Shown here piece after piece: positions 18,680 to 28,573 of a stretch of DNA of 64,000 nucleotides. The position numbers and the translations under genes were made by a program. The first letter of the stretch is position 1; every line of letters starts with the position of its first letter. The notes under the pieces are model-generated. The model saw only the letters and a program-made list of their open reading frames with translations. It was not told the DNA's origin and searched no databases. This stretch comes from Candidatus Woesearchaeota archaeon (lineage in GTDB: Archaea > Nanobdellota > Nanobdellia > Woesearchaeales > B72-G16), in the NCBI GenBank assembly GCA_003650545.1, contig QMQO01000001.1:4845-68844 (forward strand). Reading direction: 5' to 3'.

Positions 18680-19000
18680 ATGATTAGAAACATGGATGAC
18701 TTAGAAAGAGAATTAAGATATATCCCTCAAACTGAGCTTTACAGATTTATAGACTTAAGAATGTCTGAATTGTGTAGATTGGTAAAACCAGGACATAATG
18801 TAGAAGTTTTTCAAGAAGGTTATTTTTGTTCGAACTGTAACTACAAATTAAATAATGAAGAGACGTGGTGGCATTATTGCCCAAATTGTTTAGTTATTTT
18901 TGATTGTTGTGAAGAAGAAAATGAACCTTGCGAAATTTGTGGATCAGAAGTTGAAAGACTTGTTCTTGAATCTTATAAAAAGATAAGTCAGAAAAGATAA
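18680..19000 (+). CDS. zinc-ribbon protein, function unknown
   Basis: Paired CxxC motifs: CSNCNY...CPNC and CEIC. Confidence 0.5.
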   Translation: MIRNMDDLERELRYIPQTELYRFIDLRMSELCRLVKPGHNVEVFQEGYFCSNCNYKLNNEETWWHYCPNCLVIFDCCEEENEPCEICGSEVERLVLESYKKISQKR

Positions 19001-19091
19001 ATCAAGAACGAAACTCAGGTTGAAATTTTCCTTCATGTGATTGGATGAAACAAAACCCAAAAAATTTTTGATATTAATTTTTATCTGATTT

Positions 19092-19433
19092 TTATAGGAG
19101 TTTTACGAATTTATTATTGTTATCAACCAAAATATTCTTTGCTTTGATTGGTTTGTCTGTTAATTCAAACCCCATAATGATAACTTCATCGCCAATTTTA
19201 ATCAAGTGAGCAGCAGCACCATTTATGCAGATATTTCCAGAACCGCGTTCTCCAGCAATTACATAAGTTTCAAGTCTTACACCTGACGTGTTACTAACAA
19301 CTAATACTTTTTCACCTGGCCAGAAACCAGCTTTCTTAATTAAATCCTCATCAATGGTAATACTGCCTATGTAATTTATGTTGGCTTCTGTTACTGTTGC
19401 TTTATGGATTTTTGATCTTAGTAGCCATCTCAT
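19092..19433 (-). CDS. panD: aspartate 1-decarboxylase, pyruvoyl-dependent (bacterial PanD type)
   Basis: [31 protein letters not shown] carries the Gly-Ser self-cleavage site. The 113-aa length fits PanD. Confidence 0.9.
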   Translation of the reverse strand: MRWLLRSKIHKATVTEANINYIGSITIDEDLIKKAGFWPGEKVLVVSNTSGVRLETYVIAGERGSGNICINGAAAHLIKIGDEVIIMGFELTDKPIKAKNILVDNNNKFVKLL

Positions 19434-19678
19434 AGTGCATATGAATTAAACCGATTTAATAAATGTTGTTAAAAACCTCATGTTAAATGTTAGAGAATGA
19501 GTGCATTTTGATATTAGCTTAACATGCTTAGCATCAATTAAATTTTCTTCTTTCGGATTTTTTTCGGTTTTTTTGAAACATTTTTATATTTCAAACAGAT
19601 AATGGTGGAAATTAAAAAATTTTAAGAGTTGTGGTTTAACTATCTAAAATTTCTAATATTTGCTTTTTAATATTCTAT

Positions 19679-20206
19679 TCAATCATTAACAAAATTTTTG
19701 TAGTTTATAGCCCTGTCTCTTCTTAATACCTTTCCGTCTGCAGAAATAAGAGCCAATTCGATTGCGGATTCTTCAGGATTAAAATCTCTATCTAAATAGA
19801 ACACTCTGTCTCTATCACATGGTCCTGAATGAAATCCACTATAGATTCTTTTTTTTTCATATTTTGGAATTTTAGCAGAGATACAATCGCCAACTCTTAC
19901 AACTGAAACACCATCAAAAATAAGAGTTCTAATAGGGATATCTGGGTTTTCTGGTGAAACTCTAAGAAGGAGTCTTAAAGTAAAACCTCCTTTATAGACA
20001 GGGGGCTTACCCCCAAAAACCATTTCCGAATAAGGTGTGAATGATGTTACATACGATTCTGAAACAACTTCGTCAACGCTAAAGTTTTCTGTAACAATAA
20101 GTTCTGATAAGGGTTTTGATCGTGATTCTAAATCTTCAATTTCCTTCTGTCTTTTTTTTTCGCCATCTTTCATAATTTTGTCCAAATCTATCTTTTGGCT
20201 TCTCAT
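19679..20206 (-). CDS. hypothetical protein
   Basis: 175-aa ORF with no recognisable motif. Confidence 0.45.
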   Translation of the reverse strand: MRSQKIDLDKIMKDGEKKRQKEIEDLESRSKPLSELIVTENFSVDEVVSESYVTSFTPYSEMVFGGKPPVYKGGFTLRLLLRVSPENPDIPIRTLIFDGVSVVRVGDCISAKIPKYEKKRIYSGFHSGPCDRDRVFYLDRDFNPEESAIELALISADGKVLRRDRAINYKNFVND

Positions 20207-20448
20207 GGTAGAAAGAGAATGAATTAAATATAAAAACTTATCGGAAAAAGAATCATGTCAAAGCCTCCTCATAAAATTATGTCCCCAAATTTATATCCCT
20301 AAATTTATATCTGAGGTTATACTAAATTGTTCAACAATATTATTTAAAAATCAGAAATCAGAGGTTTAGCAATAATTATTAAAAGAAAATAATCAAAAGA
20401 AAAAGAATAAAAGAAAAAGAATTAAAGGAAAAGAATTTACATGTTTAT

Positions 20449-21015
20449 ATGGATAAAGAAAAAATAATTCAAGAAACAGAGAATTTTATGAAAAAGAATA
20501 TCCCTAAATCTAGAATTACTAAGGAAGGTTCGAGTGAAATTTATTTTAGGCATGTTCTTGGAGTCAAAAAATATGCTTTACATTTAGCAGAGCTCTATAA
20601 TGCTGATAAATTTATCGTTACAATAGCAGCATTATTACATGATGTTGGTGCTGATGCCGGAAAATATCATGCTGAAGAAAGTGCTAAAATTTCCCGGAAA
20701 TTTTTGTCCAGGTTTGATATTCCTGAAAATATTAAAGAAAAAATAATTAGATGCATTGAGAAGCATTCTATAGGCTCAAATACAGAAACAATCGAAGAAC
20801 AAATAGTCCAAGATGCAGATGGAATTATTTTTATAGAAGATACATTCAAATTTTTCTTTGATGAACAAAAACAAAAATTTCCTCATGAAGAAGCAAAAAA
20901 ATTGAGTATCAAAAAAATAAAAGAGATGATGAATAAAATTAAAACAGAAGAAGGTATTAGATTAGCTAAAAATTTTTTTTCTGTATCTTTGAGTTATCTG
21001 GAATCTACATTTTAA
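20449..21015 (+). CDS. HD-domain phosphohydrolase
   Basis: H...LLHDVGA...H...DADG pattern (RHVLGV, ALLHDVG, IEKHS, VQDADG). Confidence 0.75.
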   Translation: MDKEKIIQETENFMKKNIPKSRITKEGSSEIYFRHVLGVKKYALHLAELYNADKFIVTIAALLHDVGADAGKYHAEESAKISRKFLSRFDIPENIKEKIIRCIEKHSIGSNTETIEEQIVQDADGIIFIEDTFKFFFDEQKQKFPHEEAKKLSIKKIKEMMNKIKTEEGIRLAKNFFSVSLSYLESTF

Positions 21016-21376
21016 CTTTTTTGTTCTTTTTTGTTGTCAAAATAATCTTTTGTTATTTGTACAAATATAATATTTTACAAATATAATATTTTTTATTGCA
21101 AACTCTGTAAATGACAAAATGTTAAAAAAATTGAAGAGTCTTATCTGAGGATGATGCATTCAGAGCTAAAACATTTTGATAAAAAAAATGAAAAACTAAT
21201 TTTAGAATATTATTGAAAAATATAAATCTTTAAAAATTCAACATCTACAATTAAAATAAAAACATCTTAAGAAAAATTAGGTTATATCTAGATCAAAAGT
21301 AGACCTATTATAACCTATTATAAAGACTAATAACCTTTTATAGAGACTGGAGACTTTCTAGACTTCTATATAGACC

Positions 21377-21814
21377 TTAAGCTATAAATCTACATTTAGA
21401 AAAATATGTGTGATAATATAATATCAGCTCTTTTGTTAAATTTGTACAAAAGCATTCTAATATTTTTTGTCTTTCTTCAGATAAATGTTTGAAATCTCTC
21501 AAATCTTTCGCAATTAAATTTGTCTGAAGTAGGACCTCGTCAACATGTCCGCCTTTTTCTTTCCAGTATTTTTCAAAGTTTTCTCTACCTGAAATAGCAT
21601 AAGCTAAAATAATAGAGACATCTGCATTCTTTACAACCGGTTCTTCACCTTGTGTTAGTTTATTAATAAGGTGAGATAAATATTTTACCGAGTATCTTCT
21701 TCAGCACCAGTTAACCTAATTGCAAATATCTACGGCTGCTTCTGAAACAAGAAAAGTTAGGTTAGGATTTCTGGGGTCAAATTCAGGAACTATATCTTTG
21801 TGCTTATAACTCAT
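21377..21814 (-). pseudogene. decayed ORF (three collinear reading-frame pieces, function unknown)
   Basis: On the minus strand, the ATG at 21814 opens MSYKHKDIVPEFDPRNPNLTFLVSEAAVDICN, then TAG. A short LTGAEEDTR piece follows in another frame. A further roughly 100-codon open stretch has no Met: YLSHLINKLTQGEEPVVKNADVSIILAYAISGRENFEKYWKEKGGHVDEV... Confidence 0.45.
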
Positions 21815-22172
21815 GATTAAAGGAATGTTTTAATTATTTAAATAAACATTTGTGATTTAGTATATGATTTAGTATAGTGATAAAGAATACTTTTGTGCCT
21901 GAGTATCAATGAAATTAATTATAGTCTTCTGCAGAAATAGATAAATAGAATTCAATAGAATTCTAAAATGATTTAGAAAAAGAAGTGTAATTAAAGAAGT
22001 ATAAAGAAGTATGAGAAAAGTGAATTTAGATTCCCAAATCACACCACAATTCAAAACCACAATTTAAAACAAGGAAATATTTTTATACAGTTCTAGTGAC
22101 AAATCCCTTCTACTTCAGAAAACTATATTTGTGACTACGCAAAAGTTTATATATTGATGGTTTTTTAAAAAA

Positions 22173-23018
22173 ATGATGGGGGAGTTTATGGTTGATAGCT
22201 TTGATGAGATTGAGGAAAAGCTGAAGAATAGTTTTCAGGCGATGAAAGCCGATGTTCAAGCTGTGAAGGAAAGCTTAGAAAACAAACAAAAGCTCCATTC
22301 TGAGCGTGTAAAAGATGCTTTTGACAAAGTAAAGCAGGATATCGCCTCAATTGAACAAGAGATAGCAACTGCTAAGAAAAGGCTCGACTACAGAGATGAT
22401 CTAAGAGAAACTGTTCATGATATAAAACAACTAAAATTAGATTTAGAAAAGATAAAGCGTGTTTATGTGAAAAAGGAAGAACTTGGCGAAGATCTTGAGA
22501 AACTAATTAAACTGATAAACGAGCTTGATGCTAATACATTAAAAAAAATTGAATTGTATAAAGATTTTGATAAGATAAATGCTGATATATTAAAACTAAA
22601 AGATAACAAACTTGATGTTAAAGAATTTGACAGATTTTCGTCTAAGGTTGAGCGTGCGCTTGAAGGTAAAGCAGAAATCAAAGATGTTGAGAAGTTTATG
22701 CGTCTGGCTGAAAAAGGAAGAGTTATTACAAAAATCCCTATTAAAAAGGTTGAGCTCAAACAAAGGGGGGTAGCAAAGAGGTTTGCTAAAACTAGGCTTG
22801 GGGAAAAGACGATAGAGTCCAAAAAGGAGCCATACAGTAAGGTGAATAGAATTGCAAATATCTTGCTGTTCTTGGCTTTCCTTTTTTTGGTTGGAAGTAT
22901 AGTTATATTTTTTTTAAATAGAACATTTATAGACTATTTTTTGGTAATTGGTGCTGCTCTGCTTATAGCTTCAATTGTGGTTAAGATCATGTTCCTAGTA
23001 GATAAAAAGAATTTCTAA
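22173..23018 (+). CDS. tail-anchored coiled-coil membrane protein, function unknown
   Basis: Roughly 220 aa of heptad-like K/E/L-rich sequence. The C-terminus has two hydrophobic helices, IANILLFLAFLFLVGSIVIFFL and FLVIGAALLIASIVVKIMFLV. Confidence 0.55.
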   Translation: MMGEFMVDSFDEIEEKLKNSFQAMKADVQAVKESLENKQKLHSERVKDAFDKVKQDIASIEQEIATAKKRLDYRDDLRETVHDIKQLKLDLEKIKRVYVKKEELGEDLEKLIKLINELDANTLKKIELYKDFDKINADILKLKDNKLDVKEFDRFSSKVERALEGKAEIKDVEKFMRLAEKGRVITKIPIKKVELKQRGVAKRFAKTRLGEKTIESKKEPYSKVNRIANILLFLAFLFLVGSIVIFFLNRTFIDYFLVIGAALLIASIVVKIMFLVDKKNF

Positions 23019-23060
23019 TTAAGTGGTGATGATAAATATTTATATAAGAACTTCTTTTAC

Positions 23061-23262
23061 AAATGTGAAAACTATTCAGAAGTATAAATTTTCAGTATAT
23101 TAAAAATAAGAAAAATAAATGTGAAAGAAGGGGTAATGTTTGTGTGTTTACAGAAAACATTCGAGGGTGGAACAACAGGTTTGTTAGCATTTGTTTTATA
23201 AATGTGAAAACAAATGTTGTGTGAAATGTGAAATTTTAACATTTGGTTTTTAAATGTAAAAT
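23061..23262. repeat. five dispersed direct copies of AAATGTGAAA(A/G) upstream of the recombinase-like gene
   Basis: Copies start at about 23061, 23117, 23200, 23223 (GAAATGTGAAAT) and 23251 (AAATGTAAAA). All are in the same orientation within 200 bp. Confidence 0.7.
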
Positions 23263-23271
23263 AGTGGTGCT

Positions 23272-23964
23272 ATGCATAAGCAGATTAATTATATAAGTCA
23301 AGAGGAGTGGCAGAAGCTAAATAGTGTTATTGTTAATGCCCGTGACAAGCTGATAATTAATACCATATATCATACAGGCTGCACTGTTTCTGAGCTTGTA
23401 AGGATAAAAGTAAAGGATGTTGACTTTGTGAACTCTATGATATACTTTCCTGCAGAAAACACAAAATCAAGGAAAGATAGGTTTTCAAGAATTCCAGTAA
23501 GTCTGGCGTTTAGGCTAAAGAGCTATCTTGAGTTAATAGGGGATGAAAAGAATCAGGATGTATTTGTTTTTGGTAGCAATAAACAAAGTGCAATATCAGA
23601 GAATAGAGTTAGGCAGATTGTAAAGAAGTATGCTGACAAGGCAGGAATTCAGAAAGTGTATGGAGTTGATAGCAAAGGAAGAAAGTTGTATGCTGTTACT
23701 GTTCACACATTAAGACATAGCCACATAAAACACGCAATCGACAAGAATGTTCCCTTACAGGCTATAATGAAGCAAGTAGGTCATAGCAACATAAGGACAA
23801 CAAAGTTCTATTATAATTTGAGTGCAAATGATGTTAAACAAGCTTATGAGCAAGCAGGTTTTGACGATTCTGATGAAGAAGAACTGATGTTTGGATCTGA
23901 CGAGCCAAACATGTCAAATATGCCAAATTCAGGGGATTATGGAGATTATGATGCAGACTCGTAG
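23272..23964 (+). CDS. tyrosine recombinase-like protein (catalytic-domain only, Arg I apparently replaced)
   Basis: HTLRHSHIKHAI (HxxR) and GHSNIRTTKFYY (His and Tyr) match integrase boxes. The box I position reads TGCTVSEL instead of TGLRxSEL. There is no N-terminal core-binding domain, and the C-terminal tail is acidic. Confidence 0.7.
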   Translation: MHKQINYISQEEWQKLNSVIVNARDKLIINTIYHTGCTVSELVRIKVKDVDFVNSMIYFPAENTKSRKDRFSRIPVSLAFRLKSYLELIGDEKNQDVFVFGSNKQSAISENRVRQIVKKYADKAGIQKVYGVDSKGRKLYAVTVHTLRHSHIKHAIDKNVPLQAIMKQVGHSNIRTTKFYYNLSANDVKQAYEQAGFDDSDEEELMFGSDEPNMSNMPNSGDYGDYDADS

Positions 23965-26900
23965 GAAGACTAAAGTTGTAAGAAAAAAGCATAGAATTCT
24001 GCTAATAAAAGGTCTCAATGTTGCGTTGATATTTATATTGTTTATAGTGATGATGCGTTTGATGATTTTTGTTGAGCCAGATATAGGGAATAAAGTTAGA
24101 AATATGTTTTTAGATGTTGATGAAAAAGAATATAAACCGATATTTGACTTAGGTCTAGTTGAGAAACAAACTGATAAGGAATTCGTTGATGTTAAAATAG
24201 AGGTTAAGAATAGAGACACACCAATAAAATCAGTAGAGTTTAAAGGGGCAAAAACTGATACGCTAAAGAATTTTAGAGTTGTCAATGTGGTTGAAGATAG
24301 CAATAATGCGAAGTTTGCTGAAATTTATTCAGTAGATTCTGCAGACGCAGAGTTTGATTCTGCGAAACTGATTGTTGAAGCTAATGGAAAAGATCTGTTT
24401 AAATGTGTTGATTGGGATGGAGAAAAACAAGAGTGCAAAGGAAAGTGGAAGAAGATTAAAGATATTACTCCAGGGGAGAATTATGAATTGACAGTGACAA
24501 AAGGTGATCCTGGCTTTGCAGAGATTGGTTATATCGCTCTGACTGATAAAGACGAATATCTCATTGATGCAGATTTTAAGATTAAAGGTGATGGAAATAA
24601 AGTTGATGTTGAGATAATACCTAAGGATAGTGTTATTAAGAAGATTGTGGTAAATGATTTTGAAAGAGATTCTTTAGATAATGACATGAGAATTGAAAAT
24701 AAAACAAATGAAAATGGTTTTGTGCAAAGTTATTCTATTGATCCAACTATGCTAGCTTTCGGCGATGTAGAAGTGACTGTTGTTGCGAGAGGAACAAAGT
24801 TGATGAAGTGTAAGGATTGGGATTTTGAAATGCAGAAATGTAAAGGGAACTGGGAAATTTGGAAGAATGGCCTTGTACCTGGAGTAGAATATACATTTAC
24901 TTTAACAAAAGAGGATCCTGGCTATGGAGAGATAGTTAATATATCTGATGCAGTACATCTAGATAGTAATTTGAGTTTTATCTCTAATATTTATGATGAA
25001 GTTAAAAGTAAGGATGGTGTATGGTCTGAACCAATCTATGAAAATGAGTATGTTAGAATTGTCTTCGAGGAAAATCTTACAGCTGATGATGACATAATGG
25101 TCTATGTAAGGAATAATCAAAGTCTTAATACTAATATAGAGGTTTATTATTATAATAGTACAGAAAAGATAACTGGTTTTCCTAGAATCATCAATGAGGA
25201 CTATTATAGGGTTTATCTAACAGGCATGACAGGTAGTCATGATACTTTTGACCTTAAGGTTGTTAATACAGACTCTGAGACAGCATATCTGGAGTTTGAC
25301 CATATAATAGATCCTAAATTAACACCTGTTCAGATTTTTTATGAGACCTTTCCTAATGCTGATGGGGCTTGGGATGGTTCTTCAGATACGGCACAGGATG
25401 AACCGGGTTGGGTGACAATTCAGGGTTCAAGTGATTCTAATGATGTCCAGGTGAGCAATGAAGATGTGGCTAGTGGCACTTTGCCGCCGTCAGGAGGAAA
25501 CCATTTAACATTTGAAGATTGTGATGATGGTCAGCTAATACCAAATACACAATATGATCTGGCTTGTGTGCCTATAGACTTAGATGGTTATTCTAATGTA
25601 ACTATAGAAGTTTATGGCCAATCAGATGATGTTGATGCGAATGAGTGGCTGCAGGTTTCATACTCAATAGATGCTGCAAGCTGTACAGATGGATCATGGG
25701 TGCAGTTAGGTTATTATGAAAACCCAACAGACGACACCTGGTATTTGATAACATATAGCATACCTAATGAAAATGCTAGTGCGAATTTTAGGCTGAGGTT
25801 TGCTTCGAAGTCAAACAGAGCAGGAGAGCATTTTTATATTGATGATGTAAAAGTAACAGGAAACCCAATTCCAGTTGTTGCAGATCCAAAAACTTATAAT
25901 TTATCATTGATAGGAAAAACAATATTTGAGGTTGGCGACACTATAGTCACTAGAGTTAATGTGACTGACGCAAGCGGCTCAGATGATATTGAAGCTGTTT
26001 TGATAACCATAACAAGTCCGAATTCAACAGATGTGGTTGTTAATGCCTCAATGACAAATGTTTCTTCTATTACTAATGGTTATGTCTATGAATATAATTA
26101 TACTATCCCTTTGGTGTTTTCTGCAATTGGAAATTGGAGTATAGTTATTTATGCAAATGATAGTTATTCTGTTTTGGGGCGAAACTCTACTAAGTTTACA
26201 GCATTCGATACTACAGCTCCAAGCTATGTTAACTTAAGCGAGTCTCCAGCACATCCTGCAACATACGCTCCGGGCCAAAGCTATCAGTTTAATGCAACAT
26301 GGACAGATAATCTAAATATTGATACTGTAATACTGGAATTTGATGGGGTTAATTATACAGTTCTAACTAATGATAGCAATGAATATTACTATTCCTTTAC
26401 AGACTTAGCTGTAGGAACATATAATTATACTTGGTATGCAAATGATACAAGCAATAATTGGAATAGCACAATAATGCAGAATTATACTATAAACCAGGCT
26501 AGCAGTGAAATAAATTTAACTTTAGATGAAAATGATTCTAATATAACAGTTGAAGTTGGTAGTTATGTTAATATTACTGCTACTCTAGTGACACCCATAG
26601 CAGGTTACATTGAATTATACAATAATGGAACTCTAATAAATAGTGGAAACAGTCCATTGAACAATTATACGCTGTTTAGCGCTATTGGAATTTATAATAT
26701 AACTGCTTTTTATCTAGAAACACATAATTATTCATCCGGTTATGAAACACATTATGTCATAGTACGGGATACTACGGCTCCTATAGTAGAGCTAAACAAT
26801 CCAACTAACGGGTATAATACATCTTCTACTTCGATCAACTTTAACTGGACAGTCTTGGACAATGTTGACACTAACTTGTCTTGTAATCTTACACTTGACG

Positions 26901-28573
26901 GTGTGACAAATGCAAGCAATATTGCTTCTTTGAATAATACACCAGTAAATTACTCTGTAAGCACTTTAAATGATGGAACACATTACTGGAATGTGACGTG
27001 CTGGGATAACTCGAATAATACTAATACTAGTGAAACGAGAAGCTTTACTATTGATACTGTTGGACCAATAATAGAGTTAAATGCACCAATTGAAGCTCAT
27101 AATTTTTCTACAAATACCATCAACTTTAATTGGACGGCGACTGATGCAAAACAAAATGAGATTACATGTAATCTGACACTAGATGGAGTTACTAATATAA
27201 GTGGAATAACATCTTTGAATGCGACGCCAACAAATTATACTGTCTCTGGCTTGTTAGATGGTTTGCATTACTGGAATGTAACGTGCTGGGATAAAGTTAA
27301 CAATACTAACACAAGCGCTACAAGAAGTTTTATAGTCGATACAGTGGAACCAAAAATAAATCTTACATCTCCAGTAAATTATTATAATTCATCTTCAAGC
27401 AATGTTTCATTTGAATGGATTGCAACTGATGGTCTTGATTCAGTATTGACATGCGATATAACAATAGACTATTCTGTGAACATGTCAGATGTCCTGTCAA
27501 CAAATAACACGCCAACCTTGGTTATTGTAACGGGATTACAATCTGGAACACATCACTGGAATGTAACATGTGGAGATGATGCGGGAAACTATAATACGAG
27601 CGAAACAAGAATGCTTGTTGTAGACCTTATAAATCCTGTTATAAATGCTGTAAGCGATTCACCAGATCCCTTGAATCAAACATCTTATATCAACATAACT
27701 GCTAATGTGACAGATGATCTTGGTGTTGACACTGTTTTGGTTGATATACTTGGAGTGAATTACACCATGCAACAGGGAACTATAGATATCTATTATTACG
27801 ATGGTTTTAATACAACCCAACTTGGTCTAATAAACTATACAGTCTATGCAAATGATACAGCGGGCAATAACGCAATAGCAGTCAGTAGCAACTTTACTGT
27901 TGTTGATGTAACGCTGCCTGTTATTAATAGTATAAGTGATTCGCCAGATCCGGTTGATCCAGGCACTGTTATAAACATAACTGCTAATGTTACAGATAAT
28001 ACAGGTGTTAGTAAGGTATGGGTTCAGATAAATGGTTTGAATTATACTATGTTAAAAGCTGACTCTGAAACATATTATTATGATGGTTTTGATACTAGCA
28101 GTGTTCCTGCTGGAACACATAACTACTATGTATATGCAAATGATACTTCTGGTAATAATGCAACTCCTATAGTTGGAAGCTTCTCTGTTAACCCTTTAGT
28201 TTCAGTAATGCTTTATAATTATCCTGTTAACTTCACCAGTACAGAGGTCGGCTTTACTGTTAATGCAACAAATGCCAAAGGCTTTCCAATGATTATTGAG
28301 AATGAGGGAAATGTCTATGTGAATGTTTCTATTAAAGGAACCGATATGATTGGGCAGATAAATAATAGCTATACAATACCTGTAAACCAGATTGAATATA
28401 GCTTATACGAGAGCTTTAATGAGAGTAACACTTTAACTACAGGATTTACTTCGATTGTTGATAACATACTATATTTCAGCAATAGGACAGTTTATTTTAG
28501 GATTTCTGTGCCAATAAATAGAATACAGCAAACTTATCAAGGTAATCTGACTATCAGAGCTATACAGAGCTAA
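23948..28573 (+). CDS. giant N-terminally anchored surface glycoprotein/adhesin with Ig-like repeat arrays
   Basis: The start MMQTRRKTKVVRKKHRILLIKGLNVALIFILFIVMM overlaps the recombinase-like gene stop. The protein contains several repeat families and dozens of N-x-S/T sequons in its C-terminal two thirds. Confidence 0.75.
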   Translation: MMQTRRKTKVVRKKHRILLIKGLNVALIFILFIVMMRLMIFVEPDIGNKVRNMFLDVDEKEYKPIFDLGLVEKQTDKEFVDVKIEVKNRDTPIKSVEFKGAKTDTLKNFRVVNVVEDSNNAKFAEIYSVDSADAEFDSAKLIVEANGKDLFKCVDWDGEKQECKGKWKKIKDITPGENYELTVTKGDPGFAEIGYIALTDKDEYLIDADFKIKGDGNKVDVEIIPKDSVIKKIVVNDFERDSLDNDMRIENKTNENGFVQSYSIDPTMLAFGDVEVTVVARGTKLMKCKDWDFEMQKCKGNWEIWKNGLVPGVEYTFTLTKEDPGYGEIVNISDAVHLDSNLSFISNIYDEVKSKDGVWSEPIYENEYVRIVFEENLTADDDIMVYVRNNQSLNTNIEVYYYNSTEKITGFPRIINEDYYRVYLTGMTGSHDTFDLKVVNTDSETAYLEFDHIIDPKLTPVQIFYETFPNADGAWDGSSDTAQDEPGWVTIQGSSDSNDVQVSNEDVASGTLPPSGGNHLTFEDCDDGQLIPNTQYDLACVPIDLDGYSNVTIEVYGQSDDVDANEWLQVSYSIDAASCTDGSWVQLGYYENPTDDTWYLITYSIPNENASANFRLRFASKSNRAGEHFYIDDVKVTGNPIPVVADPKTYNLSLIGKTIFEVGDTIVTRVNVTDASGSDDIEAVLITITSPNSTDVVVNASMTNVSSITNGYVYEYNYTIPLVFSAIGNWSIVIYANDSYSVLGRNSTKFTAFDTTAPSYVNLSESPAHPATYAPGQSYQFNATWTDNLNIDTVILEFDGVNYTVLTNDSNEYYYSFTDLAVGTYNYTWYANDTSNNWNSTIMQNYTINQASSEINLTLDENDSNITVEVGSYVNITATLVTPIAGYIELYNNGTLINSGNSPLNNYTLFSAIGIYNITAFYLETHNYSSGYETHYVIVRDTTAPIVELNNPTNGYNTSSTSINFNWTVLDNVDTNLSCNLTLDGVTNASNIASLNNTPVNYSVSTLNDGTHYWNVTCWDNSNNTNTSETRSFTIDTVGPIIELNAPIEAHNFSTNTINFNWTATDAKQNEITCNLTLDGVTNISGITSLNATPTNYTVSGLLDGLHYWNVTCWDKVNNTNTSATRSFIVDTVEPKINLTSPVNYYNSSSSNVSFEWIATDGLDSVLTCDITIDYSVNMSDVLSTNNTPTLVIVTGLQSGTHHWNVTCGDDAGNYNTSETRMLVVDLINPVINAVSDSPDPLNQTSYINITANVTDDLGVDTVLVDILGVNYTMQQGTIDIYYYDGFNTTQLGLINYTVYANDTAGNNAIAVSSNFTVVDVTLPVINSISDSPDPVDPGTVINITANVTDNTGVSKVWVQINGLNYTMLKADSETYYYDGFDTSSVPAGTHNYYVYANDTSGNNATPIVGSFSVNPLVSVMLYNYPVNFTSTEVGFTVNATNAKGFPMIIENEGNVYVNVSIKGTDMIGQINNSYTIPVNQIEYSLYESFNESNTLTTGFTSIVDNILYFSNRTVYFRISVPINRIQQTYQGNLTIRAIQS
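26768..27622 (+). repeat. three tandem 285-nt (95-aa) coding repeats inside the giant surface protein
   Basis: Units begin DTTAPIVELNNP, DTVGPIIELNAP and DTVEPKINLTSP. Each contains INFNWT...C(N/D)(L/I)T(L/I)D...HYWNVTCWD...NTS(E/A)TR. Confidence 0.85.
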
